Shown: piece by piece, positions 11,157 to 19,992 of the stretch
Numbering within the stretch: position 1 is the stretch's first letter
How the letters are laid out: the number at the start of each line of letters is the position of its first letter
From: Candidatus Bathyarchaeia archaeon
Lineage (GTDB): Archaea > Thermoproteota > Bathyarchaeia > Bathyarchaeales > Bathycorpusculaceae
Direction: 5' to 3'
NCBI GenBank assembly: GCA_038883795.1
Contig: JAVZLK010000004.1
Span: 32,001 to 96,000, forward strand
DNA: 64,000 nt
Position numbers and translations under genes: made by a program
Notes under the pieces: generated by a model
The model's input: only the letters and a program-made list of their open reading frames with translations
The model's database searches: none
Told to the model about the DNA's origin: nothing

Positions 11157-13370
11157 TTAGACTGATGCAAAACGGTCAAAGGACGTCAGTGTGTCTATTG
11201 CTCCACATGATGGGCATTTATGCAAAAGTCCGAACCAGCTTCTTTTGCAGTTGAAGCAATAAGTCAGTTTGCAGTCATAAGTGAAAAATTCAATGCTGTA
11301 ACCCTCGAAAATTTGTTTGGTTAAAGCCATAAGCTCTTCAGGTTTATGTTCAGCATCTCCAAGCTCTATTATCGTTAAGCTTCCACCAGAATAAAGCCTC
11401 TGCATTTCCTGTTCAAATCTTAAGGCTTCTGGACTAATTTTTCCATCACTTAATGTTAGTTTGCTGACTGTTGAATAGTATGGTTTTTCCCTTGTTCCCG
11501 AGAATCGAATTTTCGCTACGCCGAATCTTTCAATGTCTAATCTTGCCAACCTTTCGGAAGCTTCAAAATCGGGTAATTTCGCTGGGACTAAGTTTTTTTC
11601 GCGTCTTCTGTCAATTTTGTGTGTATAATCCAAAATGTTTTGCATAATTTCTCTGGTAAAATCAAATGTTCTTTCATCTTCGCCAACATTTTTTCGGCAA
11701 AAGGCTTCGATTGTTTCTTTTAATCCTGCCAAATTTATTATGCAAGAACAGTTCTCATTTCTAAAATATCGGTCACCATTAATGTTTTGCAGTAGAAATG
11801 GAAGCAAACCTTTACCATGCTGTTTAATGGATTTATGCTTGATTTCTAAAGCCCGCGATGCCAAATCAAGCCTCTCTTTTAACGTCTGAAAGAATTTTGC
11901 CTTATCCCCTTCGCTTTCATATGCAATGCGTGGCAAATTAAGAGTTACATGGGCTAATTTTCCCGTGCGCAAAGTATCTATTTCCCAATCCCCATCCAAA
12001 CTCGCCCCTAGCCTAAATCCAGAGGCGGAGAAAACACTTTGCCTTTCCTCTTCTTTTAGGAGATTAGCAAAATAGGGTATTCCCCTTTCTGAAGCCAGTT
12101 GATGCGCCTTAAAAATTATGGCCTCCGCTTTCTCGTCTGCGAAGGCTTCTGGGCGTATTTTCAGAATAAGTTTTGGATTAAGTAAGGGCTTACTTGCGCT
12201 TTCTTCAATAAATATGTCGAGGAGAAGGGAAGCCAAATTTTGACTTTCCTCAAAGAAATCTCGATAATTACCCGCTAATTTTCCAGAGACTCCCACAGCT
12301 GGCTTGTTTGCAATAAAACCTGGAAGCGTCGGCTCAAGGCTTATGGAAACGTTCGCATGCTGATTTAGATTAATAATGAATAAGCGTAAAGCTTCCTTAA
12401 CCTCTGAAGCGCCTAAGCCTTTTACAAAGGGAGCGAGAAAAACATTAAAATACTCAAGGGTTTGCGTTTCGCATATTTCCTTGGACGAATGCAAAAGAAC
12501 ATTAAAAATGAGGGAAAGGGCTGTTTCCAAATTTTTAGGAGGAGGGAAAGAAAATTGAGAAGCATTTATTTTCTCTAATTTCAAGCCATTCTGGAAGAAA
12601 AATCTCAAATCATGCACAATCTCGCTTGGCTTCAAAATCCAAGAACCAAGCCCACTTATGTGCATTGAACCGGACAAGTGGGCGTCTGCAATATCCCTTG
12701 GAAAAACGTTTAGAAGCGTAAACTCTTTTAAAACAATGTCGCCAGCCGTTTCATGAATGTAAACCGGCCACTGGGGAGTTTTACTTTTCAAGTCGACAAG
12801 GGCTGCAACGTCATAGACTGGAAGCCCCAGCCTTGTGAGTTTGTGACGGTAATCTTCCAAGCCTTTTTCAATCAAAATTGCGTTTACAACCTCCCTCACA
12901 AGGGGCGCCGTCAAATACTTGGGCTTTGACTTAAGCAGCCTTTTTTCTGCTTCTTTGGCAACCTTTTGCGCCAAATCAGCAGGCATCTTCGTCTCTCTTA
13001 TGAGCGAATTAGCTATTTTGCTAACATCAAACTCCTCAAGTGTGAATTTGGAAGTGCGGACAAGCATGCTTCTGGGCTTGAAGGCTCTCTTTTCAATTCG
13101 CTCCGCCACCTCAATAACCATCTCGCCCAAATCCGTTAAACAATACTTTTTTGCTTCCACGTCTGCCTCAATCAAATCCGCCTTCAACAAAAACTTCAAG
13201 TGATAAGCAAACCTTCCAGCATCCCTTGTGGGGTTCATCTTCAAAGAACCCATCAACTCAGTATAGGAAAGGGGACCCCTATCAAAAAGCAAATTCAAAA
13301 TCTGTAGCCTAACTGGTGAAGAAACAGCTTTGAGTATCCTAACTCCCCGCACACGATGTGGAACAGACAA
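11157..13370 (-). CDS. ArsR-like wHTH + ATP-cone + degenerate class III ribonucleotide reductase (NrdD-like) fusion protein
   Basis: N-terminal SSPVRLQILNLL..LSYTELM..FAYHLKFL HTH; ATP-cone VRTS..EEFD..YLTAPLVRE; NrdD-core motifs TRLGLPVYD, HDLRFF, GIPYF, TLNLPRIAYE, RLARLD; C-terminal CxxC..CxxC; no RxxGY motif. Confidence 0.85.
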   Translation of the reverse strand: MSVPHRVRGVRILKAVSSPVRLQILNLLFDRGPLSYTELMGSLKMNPTRDAGRFAYHLKFLLKADLIEADVEAKKYCLTDLGEMVIEVAERIEKRAFKPRSMLVRTSKFTLEEFDVSKIANSLIRETKMPADLAQKVAKEAEKRLLKSKPKYLTAPLVREVVNAILIEKGLEDYRHKLTRLGLPVYDVAALVDLKSKTPQWPVYIHETAGDIVLKEFTLLNVFPRDIADAHLSGSMHISGLGSWILKPSEIVHDLRFFFQNGLKLEKINASQFSFPPPKNLETALSLIFNVLLHSSKEICETQTLEYFNVFLAPFVKGLGASEVKEALRLFIINLNQHANVSISLEPTLPGFIANKPAVGVSGKLAGNYRDFFEESQNLASLLLDIFIEESASKPLLNPKLILKIRPEAFADEKAEAIIFKAHQLASERGIPYFANLLKEEERQSVFSASGFRLGASLDGDWEIDTLRTGKLAHVTLNLPRIAYESEGDKAKFFQTLKERLDLASRALEIKHKSIKQHGKGLLPFLLQNINGDRYFRNENCSCIINLAGLKETIEAFCRKNVGEDERTFDFTREIMQNILDYTHKIDRRREKNLVPAKLPDFEASERLARLDIERFGVAKIRFSGTREKPYYSTVSKLTLSDGKISPEALRFEQEMQRLYSGGSLTIIELGDAEHKPEELMALTKQIFEGYSIEFFTYDCKLTYCFNCKRSWFGLLHKCPSCGAIDTLTSFDRFASV

Positions 13371-13475
13371 AGGCTCAGCCTCCAGCCCGGTAAAGGCAAT
13401 TAGCGAAATAAGGGTTTAAAAGGTAAGAACACTTTATCCTTATATGCTTTTCAATCACTAAAAATCTTAAAGAGG

Positions 13476-13553
13476 GGGGCTGTCGGCTAGCTTGGTCTAG
13501 GCTTGGAGACTCGGGCTCTCTAGACCCCGGTTCAAATCCGGGCAGCCCCACCA
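13476..13553 (+). tRNA. tRNA-Pro(CGG), CCA encoded
   Basis: Acceptor GGGGCTG/CAGCCCC-A-CCA, anticodon loop CT-CGG-GC, GGTTCAAATCC. Confidence 0.95.
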
Positions 13554-13563
13554 AGCTTTGAGT

Positions 13564-15516
13564 TTAAACCTCTGAAAGAGGGAGCAAGGTCAAAATTCTG
13601 AAGGCTGTTCCTCCAAATAGGATGGCGAAGGTTATCTCGAAAATTGTTATGTATACTGCTTTTTTCCATCCGAACTCTTTGGTTAAGGCTGCAATTGTTG
13701 ATATGCATGGTATGTAAAACATGGCTACCAGTGTGAAAACAACCATTTGGACGGGTCCGAATCCTGGAATTTCTGCGAAATTTGTTGTTCCAAAAAGCGT
13801 TGCAAGCATGATTAACGTTAATTCTTTCCTTAAAACGCCAAAAATTAATGTTATTCCCGTAATTGCGGGCAGTCCAAGCCATGCGACTGTTATGGGGCTT
13901 AACAAGTTTGCGATTGGCTCAAGTAAACCCAATATTTCGATAAGTTTTATGGTGATGCTTCCAACAATTATTATTGGAAAAGCTATTTTTATGAACTCAG
14001 CCAGCCTAAACCATGCTTGCTTTAAAATTGTCTTTAAATGGGGCAGTCGGTAATCAGACATTTCCATAATTAGGGCTGTGGGTTCGCCTGGCAATGCTTT
14101 AAATGCGAGTCTTCCAAGGATGAAGATTATGGCTAGGTTGAAAATGTAAAGGGCTAATGCGTATTGAACTCCTAAATATGTGCCAACTAAACCGAGGATT
14201 ATGACTGTGCGGGCTGCGCATGGAACAAGCGTTGTTACAAAGGCTGCGAGAAGTCTTTCCCTTTGGGTTTCCATTATTCTACATCCCAAACAGGCGGGAA
14301 CGTTGCATCCATAACCGAGAATTAGCGGGATGAAGGCTTTTCCATGCAGTCCCATTTTGTGCATTATGTTGTCCATTAAGAAGGCGATTCGGCTCAGGTA
14401 GCCCGAATCTTCAAGGAAGTATAGTATAATGTAAAATGGGACTATGTAGGGCAGTGCTATTGTGACGCCAGCAAGGATGCCTTCCAAAGCGCTCCAAACT
14501 ATTTTCCCAAAAATTTCTGTTCCAAAAAAGCTTTCAAAAGCGGGTCTCCAGTTGTAAAATAAATTGTTTAATGCATCTGAGGTGTATCCTCCGAAGGTGA
14601 AAATTGAATAGAATATTAAGAGCAGCGAGAAAGCCATTATTGGGTATCCCATGACCTTATGGGTTGTAATGTTGTGAAGTTGCTCCCCAAACTTTGGCTT
14701 TATTGGAGAAACCAGTTTTTGGGCTTCTCTGGCGATGCAGCCAGCAATTTCGTAACGCTCCGAAGTTATCACCGTTGAGCAAGAATGTCCATGAAGCTTT
14801 TCGATTTCTTTTGCAAGTTTTTTGGCTGCAGAAACTATTTTTGGATTAACTTTCGCGACTTCCCTCTCTATTTCTTCGTCTCCTTCCAGCAATTTGATTG
14901 CTACATATCTTGGCGGATACCAAAATTGGATGGGTTCAACCATTTTTGTGAGTTCGGCTATTTTCTTTTCAACCTCTTCCCCAAACCTCACTGGAACACG
15001 ATTTGCCGCTAATCCTTTTTCAGCCACTTCTATTGCTTTTTCTAAAAGTTGAAAGACGCCAACCCCTTTTATGGCAACGGTTGGGATGACTGGTATTCCT
15101 AAAAGCTTCTCCAGTTTTTCCACATCTATTTGAATTCCTTTTCTCTTTGCCATATCCATTTGATTTAATGCTATAACCATAGGGGTTTCCAATTCCATAA
15201 GCTGCAGCGTAAAGTAGAGGTTTCTTTCAAGAACCGAAGCATCCACAACATTTATTACAACATCTGGTTTTTCCACAGCAATATATTTTCTTGAAATCAA
15301 CTCTTCTAGGGAATAGGTTGAAAGCGAATAAATTCCGGGCAAATCAATAATGTCTATAGTGTAGCCCTTAAAGTGAAGCGTGCCCTCCGCTTTTTCAACA
15401 GTTTTTCCAGGCCAATTGCCAATATGCTGATGCAAACCAGTTAGGTAGTTGAATATGACGGATTTTCCAACATTGGCGTTTCCAGCCAAAGCAATGAGCA
15501 GTTTCTTCTTAGCCAT
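13564..15516 (-). CDS. feoB: Ferrous iron transport protein B
   Basis: GNANVGKS, GNWPGKTVE, DLPG, LEDSGYLSR, GYGCNVPA, FYIPC. Confidence 0.96.
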   Translation of the reverse strand: MAKKKLLIALAGNANVGKSVIFNYLTGLHQHIGNWPGKTVEKAEGTLHFKGYTIDIIDLPGIYSLSTYSLEELISRKYIAVEKPDVVINVVDASVLERNLYFTLQLMELETPMVIALNQMDMAKRKGIQIDVEKLEKLLGIPVIPTVAIKGVGVFQLLEKAIEVAEKGLAANRVPVRFGEEVEKKIAELTKMVEPIQFWYPPRYVAIKLLEGDEEIEREVAKVNPKIVSAAKKLAKEIEKLHGHSCSTVITSERYEIAGCIAREAQKLVSPIKPKFGEQLHNITTHKVMGYPIMAFSLLLIFYSIFTFGGYTSDALNNLFYNWRPAFESFFGTEIFGKIVWSALEGILAGVTIALPYIVPFYIILYFLEDSGYLSRIAFLMDNIMHKMGLHGKAFIPLILGYGCNVPACLGCRIMETQRERLLAAFVTTLVPCAARTVIILGLVGTYLGVQYALALYIFNLAIIFILGRLAFKALPGEPTALIMEMSDYRLPHLKTILKQAWFRLAEFIKIAFPIIIVGSITIKLIEILGLLEPIANLLSPITVAWLGLPAITGITLIFGVLRKELTLIMLATLFGTTNFAEIPGFGPVQMVVFTLVAMFYIPCISTIAALTKEFGWKKAVYITIFEITFAILFGGTAFRILTLLPLSEV

Positions 15517-15792
15517 TTACCGTTCTATCTCCACGAGAATTTTCTCTGCCATGCCTCTGCCAATGGCAAGCCTTGAGCCTCTCACAAGAATTTCTAACGG
15601 TCCATGGAAAGGGGCTGATTTTACTACGGTTACTTTTGTGCCCGGAGTTAAACCCATGTCCATGAGTCGCTTTTCAAATCCCCATCTTCCACGTCCTCTT
15701 CCCCTTCCTCTGCCGTGTCCTGCCTTTACAGAAGTAACTATTCCAGTCTCTCCATCCTTCAGTGCGGTCAATGGAACTTCCCGTTTTTCCAT
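15517..15792 (-). CDS. feoA: Ferrous iron transport protein A with Gly-Arg repeat insert
   Basis: KRLMDMGLTPG..APFHGP..GSRLAIGRG; abuts feoB; start set at ATG 15792. Confidence 0.9.
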   Translation of the reverse strand: MEKREVPLTALKDGETGIVTSVKAGHGRGRGRGRGRWGFEKRLMDMGLTPGTKVTVVKSAPFHGPLEILVRGSRLAIGRGMAEKILVEIER

Positions 15793-15806
15793 AAAATCAC
15801 AACCTT

Positions 15807-16478
15807 TCATTTTAACTGTTTAACTTGGATGACCGAGGCGACTTGACGACTTATTGCATGGCGATTTGAACCCACCTTTACGGTGATTGGGCCACTCATG
15901 GGAGCTTTATCCAAAATCTCTATGGAGGCTCCGGGCACAAGACCCAGCTTACCCAAATATTGAAGCAATTCCACATGTTCTTCTGTTATTTTCACTATCG
16001 TTCCTTTCCTTCCTGTGGCAAAATCGGTTAGAGGCAGCGATTTTTCTTCTATTATTCCACCGCATGCTGTGGGTATGGGGTTTCCGTGGGGACAGGTTTT
16101 TGGATGTTTAAGCGCTTTCTCTAAAGGTTTGATTATTTCCTTTGTTATGCCATGTTCCAACTTGCAAGCTGCATCGTGAACCTTCTCCCATTCTATATGG
16201 AGGATGTCCACAAGCAAACGTTCCGATAAGCGATGCCTTCTTATAACTTGTAAGGCTATTTTTCTACCCTTTTCCGTAAGCTTAACGCCTTTGTAAGGTG
16301 AATGCGTCAAAAATCCTTCCTTTTCGAGGCGTTCCACAGTGTTTGTAACTGTTCCAGGCACAACCCCAAGCATTTTAACGATATCACTGGTTCTGGCGGC
16401 TCCGCTCTTTTCCTCCAGCCTATAAATACATTCGAGATATTCTTCTGTGGCTGCTGTGATTTCTTCGTTTTCAGACAT
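15807..16478 (-). CDS. DtxR/IdeR/MntR-family metal-dependent regulator with C-terminal FeoA domain
   Basis: EEYLECIY, RRHRLSERLL, ACKLEH, CPHGNPIP; start set at ATG 16478. Confidence 0.93.
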   Translation of the reverse strand: MSENEEITAATEEYLECIYRLEEKSGAARTSDIVKMLGVVPGTVTNTVERLEKEGFLTHSPYKGVKLTEKGRKIALQVIRRHRLSERLLVDILHIEWEKVHDAACKLEHGITKEIIKPLEKALKHPKTCPHGNPIPTACGGIIEEKSLPLTDFATGRKGTIVKITEEHVELLQYLGKLGLVPGASIEILDKAPMSGPITVKVGSNRHAISRQVASVIQVKQLK

Positions 16479-16495
16479 TTTACGAGCTCTCCAAA

Positions 16496-16549
16496 TTAAA
16501 ATTACGAGAAGTCGTATTTTAACTTTCTCAAAGCATAAATCTTTTATGC
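16496..16549. promoter_or_regulatory. Two inverted repeats in the divergent promoter region; candidate DtxR-family operators
   Basis: TTAAAA-T-TACGA-gaag-TCGTA-TTTTAA (16496-16522) and GCATAAA-tct-TTTATGC (16533-16549). Confidence 0.45.
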
Positions 16550-16584
16550 GGTCGCCAAAAAACATTCAATTCGAGGAAAATTTT

Positions 16585-17562
16585 ATGTACGAACCCATTA
16601 CTGCGCTTAAAGAAGTTGATGGTGTAGAAATAATAAGTTTGATGGACAACTCCCTAGATTTCCTATCCACGATAGAAAAGGCTGAGGTTCGACAAGTTCG
16701 CGATTGGATAAGAGAAAGAAAAGGAGAAAAATGGGTGAGAGCACATTTTCGCTTACCCATAGCCGAGCATGGACTTTCTTTTTTGATTCGCATCTTCCAG
16801 GGCAGAAACGTTCACACACTACTGTTTGACACAGGCAGAAGCCCAGAAGGTGTTATAACTAATGCTGAACGAATTGGTATAGACCTTTCTGAAATAGAAG
16901 CCATAGTGATATCTCATGGTCACGATGACCATTTCGGCGGGTTGCTGACGGTTTTAAAGGCAGCTAAAAAGAGAGATTTGCCCATTATAGTGCATGACGA
17001 CATGTTCAAAACTAGGGGAACAGCCCAAAAAGATGGAACGATTAGGAAAGATACGCCCTTTCCATCAGAGGATATGGCGAAGCCAGCTAGATACGTTAAA
17101 ACTAAAAAGCCTTACCTTATTGCTGATGGTGCTGTGCTTGTCACGGGCGAAATCCCATCTGAAACGGATTTTGAGAAAGGTTTACAACGATATAAGATTT
17201 TAATTGATGGAGAGTGGAAGCCTTATCCATGGATGTGGGATGACAGGGCAATTGCCATAAACATTAAACGGAAAGGGCTTGTAGTGCTATCTGGATGTGC
17301 TCATGCTGGCATAATAAACACGATAAAACATGTGCAGCGTATAACTGGAGTTGAAAGAGTTCATGCGGTTATGGGAGGATTCCACTTAGCTGGGAAAGAA
17401 TATGAGCCAAGAATAAACCAAACAGTTGAGAACCTAAAAAACATAAAGCCATATTTGATTGCGCCATCCCACTGCACGGGTTGGAGAGGAATCTACGCCA
17501 TAGCCCAAGCCATGCCAGAAGCCTTCGTCTGGAACAGTGTTGGAAACCTATACAAATTTTAA
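16585..17562 (+). CDS. MBL-fold metallo-hydrolase
   Basis: AEHGLS, FDTG, SHGHDDHFGG, GCAHAG, GGFHL, HCTG; start set at ATG 16585. Confidence 0.88.
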   Translation: MYEPITALKEVDGVEIISLMDNSLDFLSTIEKAEVRQVRDWIRERKGEKWVRAHFRLPIAEHGLSFLIRIFQGRNVHTLLFDTGRSPEGVITNAERIGIDLSEIEAIVISHGHDDHFGGLLTVLKAAKKRDLPIIVHDDMFKTRGTAQKDGTIRKDTPFPSEDMAKPARYVKTKKPYLIADGAVLVTGEIPSETDFEKGLQRYKILIDGEWKPYPWMWDDRAIAINIKRKGLVVLSGCAHAGIINTIKHVQRITGVERVHAVMGGFHLAGKEYEPRINQTVENLKNIKPYLIAPSHCTGWRGIYAIAQAMPEAFVWNSVGNLYKF

Positions 17563-17653
17563 AGACAAGTTTTATAAGAGACAATGCCGTGAAATAGCTG
17601 CATTGTGCAAACCTGTTTTTGCACAATAAAAAGTTAAGGAGATGAAAGAGTAT

Positions 17654-17794
17654 ATGTCAGGAAGAGAAATGCATAAGGCAGTTTGTGCTGATTGTGGAAA
17701 GGAATGCGAAGTCCCCTTCGAGCCTGACCCAAATAGGCCAGTTTACTGCCGAGAATGCTGGTCAAAAAGAAGAAATCAAAGAAGGAGATATTAG
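17654..17794 (+). CDS. Small CxxC-x17-CxxC zinc-finger protein (46 aa)
   Basis: MSGREMHKAVCADCGKECEVPFEPDPNRPVYCRECWSKRRNQRRRY; not in ORF track; in-frame alternative ATG at 17642. Confidence 0.88.
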   Translation: MSGREMHKAVCADCGKECEVPFEPDPNRPVYCRECWSKRRNQRRRY

Positions 17795-17936
17795 TCCTAG
17801 ACTAAAATACTCTTCTTATTAACCATAATTTTCTAAATTTCTAGCTTTTTCCATGTAAGTTTTCAAATTAAACTCTGCGTTTGCTTGCATAACTTTTAAA
17901 AATAACTCATCAATTGTTAAGCTGGGTGCCACAAAA

Positions 17937-18668
17937 TTGAGTTTTGCAGTTGAAGCAAGGGACGTCGTTAAAGTCTTCGGCGCTATCCACGCACTGGATG
18001 GATTAACATTCCAAGTTAGACAAGGAGAAATTTTCGGTCTTATAGGTCCAAACGGGGCTGGAAAAACCACAGCCCTCCGCATAGTTTCAACTCTATTATT
18101 GCCAACCTCTGGCACAGTTAAAGTTTTCAACTTAGACGTTGTTAACCAAGCAGATGAAGTTCGCAAGATAATAACCTATCTTCCAGAAGAGGCTGGAGCC
18201 TACCGATATCTCTCAGGTTGGGAGTATCTGGAGTTTATGGCGAAATTCAACGCCAAAGACAAGGATGACGCTAGCGCAATGGTTAATGAAGCGGCTCAAA
18301 TATCTGGTTTGGGCGAGCGCCTTAAAGACAAGACTAAAACCTATAGTAAGGGGATGAAACGTCGGCTTTTAGTAGCAAGGGCGCTTATGCTTAAGCCTAA
18401 ACTAGCAATTTTAGATGAACCCACAAGCGGTTTAGACGTTATCCACTCCTACCATGTTAGAGAAATAATAAGAAATTATGTTAGGAAACACGGCGTAACA
18501 GTGCTTCTTTCAAGCCACAACATGCTGGAAGTGGAACACCTATGCGACAGAGTAGCCCTAATCAACAAGGGCAAACTCGTGGCCGAAGGAACCTCCCAAG
18601 AGCTTAAGGAACAGTTCGGATGCATAAATTTGGAAGAGGTTTTCGCAAAGGTGGTTAAAATTGCTTAA
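17937..18668 (+). CDS. ABC transporter ATP-binding protein (NatA/CcmA-like)
   Basis: GPNGAGKTT, YSKGMKRR, ILDEPTSGLD, SSH. Confidence 0.93.
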   Translation: MSFAVEARDVVKVFGAIHALDGLTFQVRQGEIFGLIGPNGAGKTTALRIVSTLLLPTSGTVKVFNLDVVNQADEVRKIITYLPEEAGAYRYLSGWEYLEFMAKFNAKDKDDASAMVNEAAQISGLGERLKDKTKTYSKGMKRRLLVARALMLKPKLAILDEPTSGLDVIHSYHVREIIRNYVRKHGVTVLLSSHNMLEVEHLCDRVALINKGKLVAEGTSQELKEQFGCINLEEVFAKVVKIA

Positions 18669-19956
18669 AGGTTTTGGCAACTTCCTCCTAAAAGAGCTTA
18701 AAGAGCTTATTAGAGACCCTAAAGTTCTCTTAGGAATGATTGTTATACCGCTTATCATGTTCCCAGTCATGGGTGGAATAATGAGTTACGCCGTACAAAC
18801 AGCACAGGAACAGGCTATAAAAGCTTCGTTGATAGTTGTGGACAACGACTGTGGAAACTGGTCCCACACTTTTATTGACTTCCTAAAAGGCTTGAATGTC
18901 ACAGTTTATATTGAAAATAACATAAAATTAGATAACGAAAAGGTTCTAGAGCTGTTGTCGAGATACAATACGACACAGATTCTGGAAATTCCCGGAGGGT
19001 TTAGCGAAAATGCAACCATCCACTTTAGCAATCCAACCGTAAAAGCTTCCCTAAGGTTTTACGGCATCCTTCTCGGAACAAGCGTTTTTGAAAGTGTCGG
19101 CTCATCCATTGTTGACTTTTTGGTAGGCCAGTTTAACCGTGCTATAGCTCCGGACGTTTTATACTCTGAAAAGGCGACGGTGATTAAGGGTGAGATTAAG
19201 TATGGTGTTGACCCAGCCGCAGTTTCTGGGATTTTGATGTCGCAGTCTATAGTTTTGCCAGTCACAGTAATTATTCTGTTTATGTCTGCTGTTCAGATTG
19301 CTGCCACTTCAGTGGCTATGGAAAAAGAGGAGAAAACCCTTGAAACGCTTCTGACGCTGCCCATGGATCGTCTTGTGATTCTCTGGGGGAAGCTTTCCAG
19401 CTCTATCATTGTTGCGGCCATCGGTGCCGTGGCTTTTATGGTTGGTTACAGTTATATGATGGGCTCTGTTATGGCTAGAATTCCAGAGGGCTTAAACTTG
19501 GATTTGGCTGCTTTGGGGTTGATGCCATCGGTTTTTGGTTATCTACTTTCGGGTTTATCGCTTTTCGTTACGATGCTTTTAGCTTTGGCTTTGGCTGTCA
19601 TAATGTCTGCTTTTGCCGAAGACGTTAGAAGTGCCCAGTCCTTTGTCAGCTACATTTACCCTCTGGTTTTCATTCCATCCATCGCTCTAATGTACTTGGA
19701 CATTAACACTTTGCCTCTCGCTTTAAAATTGGTTTTATTTGCCATTCCCTTTAGTCATCCCGTCATAGCATCAAAAGCCGTTATAATGGGCGACTACTGG
19801 ATAGTCGTTTTCGGCATAGTTTATGTCTCAGTCTTCACGCTGATCATCATGTATGCAGCTTCAAGACTATTTGCAACTGAGAAAATCTTAACAGCAAAAC
19901 TAAAGTTTAAGGGGTTAAGAAAACGCAGACAAGTAACAGCTGAAGAGTTGGCGTAA
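18661..19956 (+). CDS. ABC-2 type permease (NatB-like)
   Basis: KELKELIRD, EKEEKTLETLLTLP, multiple TM helices; overlaps the ATPase gene. Confidence 0.9.
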   Translation: MLKGFGNFLLKELKELIRDPKVLLGMIVIPLIMFPVMGGIMSYAVQTAQEQAIKASLIVVDNDCGNWSHTFIDFLKGLNVTVYIENNIKLDNEKVLELLSRYNTTQILEIPGGFSENATIHFSNPTVKASLRFYGILLGTSVFESVGSSIVDFLVGQFNRAIAPDVLYSEKATVIKGEIKYGVDPAAVSGILMSQSIVLPVTVIILFMSAVQIAATSVAMEKEEKTLETLLTLPMDRLVILWGKLSSSIIVAAIGAVAFMVGYSYMMGSVMARIPEGLNLDLAALGLMPSVFGYLLSGLSLFVTMLLALALAVIMSAFAEDVRSAQSFVSYIYPLVFIPSIALMYLDINTLPLALKLVLFAIPFSHPVIASKAVIMGDYWIVVFGIVYVSVFTLIIMYAASRLFATEKILTAKLKFKGLRKRRQVTAEELA

Positions 19957-19992
19957 AGTTTTTCCATTAAAACCACATTACTCTGCAGTTAG

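Noticed and set aside
11157-13370. Annotation as a functional anaerobic ribonucleotide reductase (nrdD)
   Set aside because: The glycyl-radical motif and catalytic cysteines are absent, and the gene ends 9 bp from the pyrB stop, leaving no room for a frameshifted tail.
13371-13381. AGGCT-C-AGCCT palindrome at the start of the NrdD-like gene as an autoregulatory operator
   Set aside because: Only 5-bp arms, expected by chance; no second copy noticed at pyrBI.
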